The notes under the pieces are model-generated. The model did not search any database. It was given only the letters and a program-made list of their open reading frames with translations, and had not been told where the DNA came from. From Octopus bimaculoides (lineage: Eukaryota): 64,000 nt of DNA. The stretch lies in contig NC_068984.1 in NCBI RefSeq assembly GCF_001194135.2, positions 31,400,172 to 31,464,171 of the forward strand, given 5' to 3'. Every line of letters starts with the position of its first letter. Position 1 is the stretch's first letter. Of this stretch, positions 26,661-38,570 are shown one piece after another. Position numbers and translations under genes: made by a program.

Positions 26661-26937
26661 TGTCTTTAAAGTAAATAATAACTTTCATGAAACCGTGAGA
26701 TACTTTAAGAAAGCAAACAGATATAAATATTCATGACTGGTAGATCACTAGAACAATTTGTACAGTAGGTGGTCATAATTAATAACAAGTTGACAGTCAC
26801 CATATACACATATATAATGCCATGTATATTTAATAAATGCTTGTGCTATTCTTTTAAAGCTACAAAAAATTGCTGATATTATTGGGTTACTAATATTTTC
26901 TTTCTAGCCACACCCTTTAACCATTTAGCATTTAAAC

Positions 26938-27548
26938 TCTTTTCTTTTTTACTTGTTTCAGTCATTTGACTGTGGCCATGCTGAAGCACCGCCTTTAGTT
27001 GAGCAAATCGTTCCCAGGACTTATTCTTTGTAAGCCTAGTACTTATTCTCTCAGTCTATTTTGCTGAACCGCTAAGTTGCGGGGACGTAAACACACAAGC
27101 ATCAGTTGTCAAGTGATGTTGGGGGTACAAACACTTATTCTTTGTAAGCCTAGTACTTATTCTATCAGTTTCTTTTGTTGAACTGCTAAGTTATGGGGAT
27201 GTAAACACACCAACATTGGTTGCCAACTGATGGTGGGGGACAACTGAGAATGGGTGGAGGGGATACCAAGGTGCTTTTTCAGAAGAGTCTGGACAAACAC
27301 AGACACACAAATATATACATACGTACATATATATGTGTGTGTGTATATATATATATATACATACACGTACACACACACACACACATATATTCAACAGGCT
27401 TCTTTCACTTTCCATCTACCAAATCCATTCACAAGGCTTGGTCAGCCCAAGGTGAAGGTAGATGACATTTACCCAAGGTGCCATGGAGTGGGACTGAACC
27501 TGGAACCAAGTGGTCATCAAGCAAGCTACTTACCACACAGCCATGCCT
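26938..27548 (-). mobile_element. SINE family A with an internal 114 bp duplication and extra sequence
   Basis: Tail cttttcacttgtttcagtcatttg-like sequence at the left, head at the right. The segment beginning acttattctttgtaagcctagtacttattct occurs at 27019 and 27133. Confidence 0.85.
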
Positions 27549-28518
27549 GTGATGATTTTAATAAATCAAGAATTTATGTTGTAACATATTTGATATACCT
27601 GTATTTGGTTCTGTTGTTCAAATATACACCATTGAGCACTAATTTCTATATTTCACAGTTGTATATTTACTCACCTGCTGTACAACACTAATACCCTATT
27701 CATTACATTTAAAATAATTTTTCTTGATTGGGTTTAAATTCTTAAATAATATTTTTAATGCCTAGTTTCAGAAATCTGGGACATTATGATACTGTTGGTA
27801 AGTTAAACAAATGTTTCGAACATCTAAACTTATTTCAGTACAAACAGCAACCATGATGTGTTGTAGTTTGCATTTTGTTAATTGTTTAGGTTTTCACTTG
27901 GTGCTTCATGTACTTCTATTCTTCTCAGTTTCATTTTTGGAATTTTCTATTTTAATAGACAGGAATTTCATTTCCATCAATAGAATACATATTGTGCTAT
28001 TTTTGACTTCCTTGCTTCTCCTTTGATAATACAATATTCTTCAATATTTTTCAGCATTAATTTTTAGAGAAATTCCTTTTCTACAGTTTCCAATATAGAA
28101 TTGAGAGGTTGTAAATATACTTCTTTAAATTGTTCAATTCATATGTATCTTTTATTCAGGTAAGAAATTTTTGGGCATATTTTTACACCTGCACATTCTT
28201 CTGAAGCCGTATTGCCTGCAGATTAATTTGGTTTTCTCATCCAGATAATTTCATAATACATGATTATATATATGCATCATTCACACTTCACAAAATTACT
28301 TCAGTCATACTTATGCAGAGACCTCCTAAGTGTTCTGCACTAAGAACATGGTACATAATTTTATTCAGTAGCTCAAAAATAAAGTCACTACCTATAGCAA
28401 GAAAACACAGCACCACACTCACTACAGAAGATACAAATAAATTCTTTTTCCTCTCTATGAATGCAAAGCCTATGTCATATCATCATCGTCGTTGTCGTCA
28501 TCGTCGTCATTGTATAAA

Positions 28519-28729
28519 GTGGTGAGCTGGCAGAATAGTTAGCATGCTGGACAAAATGCTTAGTGGAATTTTGTCTGTCTTTGCATTCTGAGTTCAAACT
28601 CCACCAAGGTTGACTTTGCCTTTCATCCTTTTGGGGTCAATGAATTAAGTACCAGTGAAACACTGAGGTCGATGTAATCGACTAGTCCCCTCCCCCAAAA
28701 TTTCAGGCCTTGTGCCTATAGTAGAAAAG
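28519..28729 (+). mobile_element. SINE family B
   Basis: ggtgagctggcagaa head, ctgagttcaaact B-box-like motif, gactttgcctttcatccttttggggtc body, caggccttgtgcctatagtagaaa tail. Confidence 0.85.
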
Positions 28730-28844
28730 ATTATAAATGATAATAACTTTTTAGGATGATGATACATTTAATATGTTTAACACCACACAACTGGTTGGAT
28801 CTGAGATGTAAAAATCATCCCAGTTTCCATGTCAGGTGAGACAC

Positions 28845-28908
28845 TATCCCTGATGTTATCCCTGATGCTATTTCTGAAGTTATCCCTGATGTTATCCCTG
28901 GCAATATC
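28845..28908. repeat. 12 bp minisatellite, about 5 units (tatccctgatgt)
   Basis: tatccctgatgt / tatccctgatgc / tatttctgaagt / tatccctgatgt / tatccctggcaa / tatc. Confidence 0.9.
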
Positions 28909-29410
28909 ACAATTTATGTGAAAGATTCAGTAACCGTTATTTTAATCTCTCTGTTAGTTAAGCAGTCCACATTTAAGTTGTTCTCTCTTTAAAGTGTTTC
29001 AATATTATAAATGGTAACAACAAAATTGGTTTACTTAAAACAGAAAAAATTAATGTCTGAATTTTTGGATATGTACCAATCTTAGCTTTCTTAACTGCAC
29101 TAATTTGATCATTTGGTTGTACAGCCAACAGAGGGAAACCTGTATGATGTGATGTGATGTGAAAAAAAATACAGTTAATAGAATACGTTGATCATCACTG
29201 ATGAAGATGATTATGAATAAAACTGAGGAAAATATAAAACAATTAAGTAGATATATGAAGGCTAAATGAGATTGTGATGCTCATAAAAATAATTTAAAAG
29301 AGAACTGGGATAGAAACATTCAGAAGATGATTGAAAGTGGCAAAAGGAATTCTGAGAGGTACAAATATAAATAAATAAATAAATAAATAATAATAATATT
29401 ATTATTATGT

Positions 29411-29765
29411 TGTTATTTTTCTTCTTTCTTCAAATTTTCTTCCATTTCTCGCCGAGTGTTTTCCGTACACCTAGGGCAGAGAAACTCGTTGTATGCATTC
29501 CCAGTTTACACACACAAATTCACAGGTAAAACATGTATTTAAGAAAAAAAAAAAAAAAAAAAAGTTCATGAATGGATGTTGTTTTCACAGCGATAATGCT
29601 CTTCTCAGTACATGAGTCGTTCCAGTTAGCACGATTTTTTGCACTTCCTGTAGGGATGGTAAGCCTGGTATCATTTTCAAATAGGTTTCAGTACCTTTTT
29701 TTATCATTCCTAAAGATCCTACAATCACTGGTATGGTAGTCGCCTTGAGGTGCCACATTTTTTCA

Positions 29766-29768
<3 letters not shown>
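29411..29768 (-). mobile_element. R4/Dong-type non-LTR retrotransposon 3' fragment (restriction-like endonuclease C-terminus plus 3' UTR)
   Basis: Minus-strand 29768-29585 reads IEKMWHLKATTIPVIVGSLGMIKKGTETYLKMIPGLPSLQEVQKIVLTGTTHVLRRALSL*. Flanked by TAA/TTA repeats. Confidence 0.75.

Positions 29769-29812
<44 letters not shown>
29768..29812. repeat. (TTA)n microsatellite
   Basis: Directly visible. Confidence 0.97.
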
Positions 29813-29815
<3 letters not shown>

Positions 29816-29957
29816 TAATATGAAGTAGATTGACAAATTTATTTTTTGAACCAATTGAAGACACACAAGATGTCGAAATATTGTTCACTAGATAACAATG
29901 GCACTCTTCTTTTAATTTTGACTCTAATAATAATAATAATGATAAGAAGAAGAAGAA

Positions 29958-30350
29958 TAGACCTTAACCAGTTGAGCATGTCCCTTGGTGGTTGACGATA
30001 TGTGTATCCTTGATTACATGCAGAAGTAGTGGGGGAGCATTATAGCCATGTGTTGAAAGGAATTCTTTGGGGTTTGGATAATTCACCTCTGGAAACATGG
30101 ATGTTTTGTTCAACATCCTTCAACAACCCTTATTCAGAGACCTTTTGAGCAGGATGGGCTACTTAACCTGAAGGAAATTCTAACTGCAAGGTCATGCGCT
30201 GTTAGTCTTGATATGAGATCACCATGGCGTGCACATATGGTTGAGATGCATGTGCCTGGTGTACCCTATTCAGATGGCAGTCATGATGGGTATACAGGGC
30301 TTTGTATATTTTATCCCAGTGTTACTTTGATTGCATGCACTGCTCTCTCG
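29958..30350. mobile_element. GC-richer dispersed repeat of unclassified type
   Basis: Recalled as a common octopus interspersed repeat and bounded by simple repeats. Only one copy in the window, so not verifiable here. Confidence 0.35.
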
Positions 30351-30369
30351 CTTAATAATAATAAAAATC

Positions 30370-30583
30370 TTTTCTATTCCAGGCACAAGGCCCAAAATTT
30401 TGGGGGAGGGAGCCAGTCAATTAGATCGACCCCAGTTTGCAACTGGTACTTAATTTATTGACCCCGAATGGATGAAAGGCAAAGTCGACCTCGGTGGAAT
30501 TTAAACTCAGAAGGTAAAGGCAGACAAAATACCGTGAAGCATTTCACCTGGCGTGCTAACATCTCTGCCAGCTCACCACCTTT
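30370..30583 (-). mobile_element. SINE family B
   Basis: Reverse complement of 28519-28729. Confidence 0.85.
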
Positions 30584-31316
30584 AATGATAATAACACAGA
30601 AGGTAACTGGGAGTTAGATGGAAGGGTGAATTGGATACATTTGACAAAAGCTGGAAAGTGATCACCCAAAGCTAAAAATAATTGTGTGATAAGGAAAAGG
30701 CACTGCTTTCCTAATATTGGGAGGGCAAAGATTTATTTGATTGTTTGAAATAATATCAGTTTTACATATTTCCTTTTCAATGGATTACTTTCTAACCATA
30801 ACTATTAATCTAACTACACTGAGAGCTAGGAAGTAAATAGTTTCTATACTAATTTATTTTTCTTAATTCTGATGTCATAAATACATGAAATATAAAGAAG
30901 AAATATTTCCTTTTTGTGTTTCACTTGCGAGATCTTTTAGGTAAAATTTTATGGAAGTGACTATTGTTGTACTTTGGGAGGCTCATTTTGTCAATAAAAA
31001 TAGGAAGATAACAACATACACACATAGTTGACAACGTGTAATTGACACTTGACAACATCATACATAAAAGAAACGAAACCAGTTGAAACAGCATGATAAA
31101 AGAGTTCTTGACAAACTGAATAATAGATATGTGATCAATAAAAAAGTGAGCTCGAAATAGTGCGTGTGTGTGTGTTTATTGGCAGAATGTATCTTTTCCA
31201 TTGTACAATATCATGCAAAGAAATATTTATTCAAAATATATTTGGGTGGCAATAATATTTTGTAAATGACTCATGTTTATACATCTATGTCCAAATGCAA
31301 AACTGACAATCTGCTC

Positions 31317-31326
31317 ATCATCATCG

Positions 31327-31360
<34 letters not shown>

Positions 31361-33370
31361 TTAACGTCTGTTTCCATGCTGGCATGGGTTGGACAGCTTG
31401 ATAGGAATTGGCAAGGCCAGAAGCATACCAGGCTCCATTGCCTGTTTTAGTATGGGTTCTACAGCTGGATGCTCTTCTAAATGCTAGCCACTTTACAAAG
31501 TGTACTGGATGTTCTTTTTACATGATACCAGCACCAATGCTATTTATGTGGCACCAGCACCAGTACTGTTGGGTCTTGCATTGTAACATCACCAATGGGG
31601 TCACCAAACAACTTGCAAAACAAAAACTCCTCAATTGAGAGGGTGAAATATTATTGACGGTGTGTGGCTGTGTGCTATTTGGAAATGAAAGGTATAGAGG
31701 ATATATGGATACCCTATTTAGAAAAGAAAGAAGAGTGAATTAGAGAGTAAAATAAGGAGAGCGATGATGAGAGAGATGATAGTGAAGATGTGTCAGAAAA
31801 TGCCCATGAGAGACATTGGAATGATGATGAGAATAGGTAAGATAATAAAGATTTTGGAATGGGTGAGCAGGTAGGATTGAGGTGACTGTAGACAAGACAG
31901 AGGTGACTAATGGAGAGAAGTGTAGGAGAGGCCTGAAGGTGGGGATTGCAGTGAATATGTGAGGACATTGAGGGTAATGGCAGATAAGTGAGGTGTTAAT
32001 GATAAAGAAAGGCAGAATGGGGAAAAGGCACAGAATGCTAGTGATTGGTGGAGACAGTAGGTGGGGGGAAGATTATGGGAAATGGAAGTGTTTTGGGATG
32101 GGGAAGAAAGGTAACTGAGACAGTCAAGGTATGTAGTATGTGCCTATTCTGCTTTCAGTGATGGGTGTTAGAGGATGAAATGTGTGTGGGGGGAAAGGTT
32201 GATGGGGCAGAGATGGTGGTGAGGCAGATCCCCGCATGGACAAGCATTACAAAGTTGGTTTTAGGATATCAGTTCTGCTGTGGTGGTGGGTGGATGGGTC
32301 TTCTTGAGTATAGCAACTTATCTCAATCTTTTGCCATCTCCTTCGTAAGGTTCAGTGTTGTGAGATCAGCCTTAAATACTTTGTCCCATGTCGTTTTGAG
32401 TTTCCTTCTTCCACAAATTCCATCCATTTTAAGTATTCGGCACTTCTTTATCCAACTTTCTTTATCAATACACATCACGTCACCAAACCAGTGCAGTTTT
32501 TCTCATGCAAACTGCATCTAATTCCTCATATGCCTAACTCTTTCCACAATGCACTAGCACTATCATACATGTGCACTGACAGTGCACATCCAGTGTAGCA
32601 TACTAGCTTCATACATCTCTAGTCTTCACATTTTCTTTGCATCCTTGCTCCACATCTCAGTATCATGCATCATTGCTGTTAGTACACATGCATCATACAA
32701 TCCTCCTTTCACTTGAAGAGAAAGACATTTGGTTGCTAACGGAGGTAAAAGCTCTCTGATATTTTTTTCATCCTATTCTTATTATAGCAATTAAACTTTT
32801 GGTACATCTTCCACAGCTAATTAAGACCCCTAGGTTGCAGAAATCATCAACTACCTCTAGAGAGCCTCTGGGGCATTTGAAGAAATCAATTTCCCTTACT
32901 AATGGCATTCCTGTAAATGGCCTGTACTGCCATCACAAGCCATTTTTCTGTCCTTAGCTTCCTCAGTGACTGCCATATCTCAGATCACATTATACTGTCG
33001 AAGACTATTTTCAGATCAACAAATGCCAAGTACAACAGCTTATTCTTAGCAAAATACTTCTCTGGTAGTTGCTGGACTATGGAAATAACATCAGCAGAGC
33101 TTCTCCTTGACACAAATCCAAACTACCTTTTATCTGATCTACTTCTGTTCCTCATTTATTGGGCTATAATTCTCTCCATAGCTTTCATCACCTGGCCCAG
33201 CAATTTGGTATCTCTATAATTATTTCTATCTAAAGCATCCTCATTAACCTTGTAGCAGATGACTATGATGCTGCTACGCCAGTCACTGGGGATTATGCCT
33301 TCCTGAATAACCCAATTAATTATGTGGGTGACTATAGTGATGTCACCAATGATGACGATGACAACATCAG
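31317..33370 (-). mobile_element. 5'-truncated RTE LINE (RT N-terminal part, C-terminus, long 3' UTR, (GAT)n tail); internally deleted, with stops
   Basis: NWVIQEGIIPSDWRSSIIV, NNYRDTKLLGQVMKAMERII, FGFVSRRSSAD, LYLAFVDLK, LHWFGDVMCIDKESWIKKC, TWDKVFKADL. The tail matches the other RTE tails. Confidence 0.9.
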
Positions 33371-34834
33371 TGATGATGATGATTCTTGGTTTTGCAAAAA
33401 CTGCAAACAACAGCAGCTTGAAAAATAAGACAGTCACAGAAAGAATTGGATTTACAATACTACTCACATGCAAGAATGCATATTGCAAAGAGGAAAGAGA
33501 TCTAGTTAAACACATACTATATTGTTCACATAAATCCTATGGTGGATTAAAGCCATTACATTCATTTGGTAAACTGTAATAAGAAGATTGTATGAATTGA
33601 GCAAATCCCAATTTTTGTGTGTTATGAAAACTTCATGTAAGTTAGTTTTGATAAAATAACTAAGAATTTAGTAATATGTTTCAAAACGAAAACCAAACAC
33701 ATTCAAGAAAGTTTTTGCATGTAATGATTTCCAATCATATTTAATTACTAATTAATCAGGGCTCTATGGGAAAGAAAATGATGTTGAATGCACTGACCAA
33801 TTTCAAGATGGCTGATACACTGCAAAAACATTTAAAAATGTAGCCTCATATTCTATATTGAATTTGTAGAAATTTTATGTGCATCATTAGCATTTGTCTG
33901 GACAATTTTATCAATTGATTTATTAATCTATAATAATAGGTTACAACTTAACAGAACTTTAGAACAAGTCGGATTGAAGTAGATCCAGTGCATTGAAAAT
34001 GGGGGTAATTGTTGTTCATATCATTGCAATGAATTGAAGATAATATCCTAATTTATCCCTCAACTAGCATAATAATTGCTTTAACATCTAATAGATTCTT
34101 ACTGAATTGGTCAAATGAATTTTAACTATCTGAAATATTATAGTAATTATAATAATCTACATACAGCTCATGCTGCAGGACATTACTAAAATTATATTTT
34201 AGTACTGGCATCTTGTAATATTGATACTACCAAGTAACATATAAGTATTTAATAAACCATAAATAACATAAGCAGCAGGATATTCAGGATATCAGCTGAA
34301 TTGTTGTTGATAATATCTAGAAAGTTTTAAGAAATCCTGACAGCGAGCCCATTGTAAATTCTAATAAGTGTTTTTGATGCTACCAGTGAACGTCTAATTA
34401 TCTTGTACTATAGTTTCAATTCAGCACCAGTGCTATTTACATGGCACCAGCACTGGCGCATTTTACATGACACCATTGCCATTACTGATGGGGTCACCAA
34501 GTATCTTGCAAAATGAAAAAATCACCAAAACACCACATGGTCATGTGCCCTATATGAGATACTCATGCTATAGATACATGGTTGCCCCAGTTGGAAAAGT
34601 AAGGAGAGTGAATGAGAGAGTAACATAATGAGGGAGACAGCAAGAGAGTATATTATACGTTCAATTATATATATGAATATGTATGCATATATAGATATAT
34701 GAGAATCTAGTAGTGCTCAAGAGATTTAAACTTTGGCAGGTATAGAAGTAAATGTAAGGATAAGCAAATTAGACTGATCAATATATAAAGTATATTAAAT
34801 ACATGAAATACAATATATATATATGTGTTTATAT

Positions 34835-35570
34835 AAAGGGGATACATATGATAATATTTATGACCATACCTAGCTATGAGCTGTCAACTCACACTTGTCC
34901 TTTATTCAAAATCGGTACAGTTTTCTAGTCTTAGATTTAGAAGTTGATAAAGAGATAAATGAATTAGAAATGCATTCTAACCCTATGACTTCACTATGCT
35001 CCATGCGATTCTTAGAAGTTGTAGTCTATTCTTAGCTACAATAGTGACAACATGAATTTTTTCCCATCTTCTTGCTCTGTTAAAATATTTAAGAAAAATT
35101 ATACAAATGTGTCCTACTTGTTAAAATTCCACTAATTTATTTGTGCAGCTGAAGATGAAAATAAGCAACAGGATATCAAGTAGTAATGCAGTACGACCAT
35201 TTCAAGTGGACCCATTTAATTGAACAATGTATTCTTTACATCAATTTAAATGTAGTGCCACCTTTAGCTGCACAAATAAATAAATGGAATTTTAACACAC
35301 ATTTGTATAATTTTTCTTAAGTATTCTAACAGAGCAAGAAGATGGAAAAAATTCATGCTGTTGCTCTTGTAGCTAAGAATAGACTACAACTTCTAAGAAT
35401 TGCATGGAACATAGTGGAGTAACAGGGTTGTAATTCATTTCTAATTCATTTATCTCTTTACCAACTACTAAATCTAAGACTAGAAGACTGTCTATTTGGA
35501 ATGAAGGACAAGAGTGAGTTGACAGCTCATGGCTAGGTATGGTCATAAATATTATCATATGTATTCCTTT
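34835..35570. repeat. Long foldback inverted repeat (arms ~34835-35154 and ~35262-35570, loop ~107 bp); possible MITE
   Basis: Manual reverse-complement comparison gives roughly 88-90% identity, including perfect 33 and 34 bp runs and one 7 bp indel. Confidence 0.9.
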
Positions 35571-36012
35571 TGCCCAGGAAGGAAATAAGACATTAAGAGT
35601 AGGCAGTTAGATAGCATGTATCTCTTTCCAGTTATTCCATATGTAAATTCCTTGAGCAGTTTTTATAGAAACCACCTAATAAGTAATTAATTAAATACAT
35701 GAATGGATATTAAGTTGATTCTAAGTAATCTTCCTTTTTTATGTTTATAATGACATATACACACTTTTTACCTATTCTGGTTATGATGTCATTTTTGAAA
35801 TTCTTAAATTTTATTTTTATACAACATAACAATATGTATTGTTTGCATTGTTCAATTAAATGTAGCCACTTGAAACAGTCGTACTGCTTTACTACTTGAT
35901 ATCCTGTTACTCATTTTGATTTTATTCACCTTACTTCGAGCTCTGTGGGTAATACCAGACTGACTTGGTGCTTCAACCTAAGTACTCAATTCAACTGAAT
36001 CTCGATTATTTA

Positions 36013-36262
36013 TATCATCATCATCGTTTTACGTCCGTTTTCCATGCTGGTATGGGTTAGACGGTTCGACTGGGGTCTGGGAAGCCAGGAGGATGCACCA
36101 GGCCTCAATCTGATCTGGCAGTGTTTCTACAGCTGGATGCCCTTCCTAATGCCAACCACTCTGAGAGTGAAGTGGGTGCTTTTTATGTGCCACCAGCACG
36201 GAAGCCAGTCAAGACGGCACTGGCATTGGCCACATTCACATGGTGCTTTTTACATGCCACTG
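36013..36262 (-). mobile_element. RTE LINE 3' tail
   Basis: atcatcatcatcgttttacgtccgttttccatgctgg ... agctggatgcccttcctaatgccaacc. Confidence 0.8.
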
Positions 36263-36794
36263 TAGTTAGAGAACACCTGATGAACAGTAAAATGTGAAAT
36301 GAGTACATCATGAGTATATTCAATAGTGAAGATAATAAGATGAGGTCAGGCAAAGAAATCTCAAGCAAGTACTCCGAGTTTACAACTGCTTTATGTGAAT
36401 CAAATGCACCACTTAAACAGCGGCTTGGAAGAGAAATACTGATCTTACCAGTAGAAAGTTATGCATAGGTATATATCTCGTAAGCAAGTGATTACCAGCG
36501 ACCTGGACAGGAACAGTAGAATTTCCTGGATCTGGGATAAGTACATCATGTCTCTCCTAGAAGGCTACGTCTGCTTTCCAAGAATGGGTGATAGATACTA
36601 AATACATGATCTACAAAAGAGATAAGGATACCTCTAAACCTTCATGCTGAGATAGAAAGTATTAGATGTGCCATACCAGTGAAGAAGATATATCAACAGT
36701 AAATGTCCAATATGTCCACATATCACCACCATCCCATGAACCATTATACTGTTGCTAAGAAAGTCTACAATGCTGTGTAGAGATAAATGAATAC

Positions 36795-36965
36795 AAACAG
36801 ACACTCACACAAACATGCACACATATACATGCAAGAGGATTCTTTCAGTTTCCATTTTCCAAATCCACTCACAAGATTTTAATCAACCCAGAGCTACAGG
36901 GGAAGATACCTGCTAAATGTTTCATGAAATGGAATTGAACCTGGAATCTCATGATAGGAAAATGG
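36795..36965 (-). mobile_element. Degraded SINE family A 5' half
   Basis: ttctttcagtttcc...aaatccactcacaag is the reverse complement of the family A body. Confidence 0.55.
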
Positions 36966-38229
36966 ACTTCATCATATAGTGATAAATAGAAAATAACCGA
37001 CCAGAGTCTCTACATGAATACTTGTTTGAGGAATAAAGCAGAATTCCCTTTCTGTGGAATTGTTTGAACAATGAATCACCTGCTAGTTTACTTATTATTA
37101 GAATCCATTTGTTCTATAAATGACTTAAGACATAATGCAAAGGATGCTAAGAAAAATGTAAAAAGATGTGGTAAGATTTGATTAAAGCACTAAATAATGA
37201 TAGATATTGAGAAACAGTAGCCATAGCAAGTAAAGAAAATAATGAAGAACAAAAGGCCCTAACACATTTTCAAGATATACAAACTACAGTAGCTAAACTC
37301 AGGAATGTAAGCTAATTAGTATATTTCACAGTATCCTATTTATAGCTTGTATTATATTACACTGTGGTTTCTATGCACAGTAAGTATTATGACACTAAAA
37401 GTCGAATGTCATGGCAATGAACATAAGGAAATGCTAGTGACACCATATACACTGTCAGCTCTTTAGTTAGTTGCCTGACAATCAATTTCCCTAGCCACCT
37501 GTGTCTCATTATCATACACCCATCAAAACTCCAATGTTTTAACATAATGATTATATTTATTTTACAATATAAAAAAAAAAATGCAGTATTTAATTAAATA
37601 CCTGTTAGGGGTAAAAAAAATATACAATATTGTATAAGATAGAATGTGCAAGCATTTGATATCAAATATGTTATCATTTAACAACAAAAAATATAATGGA
37701 CTTTTTAATGGAGTATAATGCAGCAATCACAAATTTAAAGTTTTATATAAAATCACCAGAGAATCTGTGTCATTAAGATCTATAGATATTTCCTTATCAG
37801 GTGTTTTAAAATGGCTTTCAATTATTTTAGACAAATTTTTCATGTGATAATAAAAGTTAAAGTTTTACTGGAAGTTTTTTCTTCATTTAGGCTATTAATA
37901 CTATGCTTTCTTTCAGTTGAAATGGGGTGAATGTGCACATTGATAAGAAAAGGTTGACTGCAATAAAGTATAAAGTATCTTTTTTAAATTTTTAGAAATC
38001 TTCTGAATTATCATTCTGTTTACAAGTTTATATTTTTTGAACCAAGCTGAGCTGTAAACATAAAATAAATGCATACATGTATACAATACATACATATACA
38101 CATGGTGACTGCTTCATCTTCACAGCTGATTGTCATTTGCTTGTGCTTCTTTGTTGTCAATAACATTTCTGACTTTCCACCCATGACCTCTCAGATGACT
38201 ATTCAGCCCTGTGGCAGTTCTGCATTGTT

Positions 38230-38570
38230 TGAAACATAGGGGATAGCTGAAAGTTGTAACTTACTGAACATGTCACCACTCTTCCATTACCACACAACTT
38301 TCAGTAGATGGAATGACAAATGAGGTCACCATAAAGAGACATCTATACATCATTGAATTATAGTGATATGCTTGTACAACACAAGTACCCTTCTCTGAGT
38401 CTCTGTGAATAGTACCAGCTGACAGGCCAAAGTGAGATGGTCAATAAGAAGGATACTGTGACAACAGCTAAAGGGTCACTCACTCCTAGTGGTTTTACCG
38501 TATGCTCTGTACCAACCAAGGGTATTTCTGCATCCCCATACTCAGAGGGACTGTCATCACATATGCTAAT
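38230..38570 (+). mobile_element. Possible very old Gypsy integrase remnant
   Basis: YQLTGQSEMVNK loosely resembles YHPQTDGQSE.VN. The region is GC-richer than its flanks. Weak. Confidence 0.2.

Noticed and set aside
27800-28260. Minus-strand LINE RT-like peptide (LICRQYGFRR)
   Set aside because: Only one short motif; the expected D..KAFD and PQGS motifs were not found.
28845-28908. CRISPR-like or regulatory array interpretation of the short tandem repeats
   Set aside because: The repeats are contiguous without unique spacers, there are no cas genes, and the context is eukaryotic.
36277-36312. Hammerhead-like core CTGATGA-aca/tgt-GAAA with a 4 bp stem III
   Set aside because: The cleavage-site base would be G and no stem I can form. 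Likely chance.
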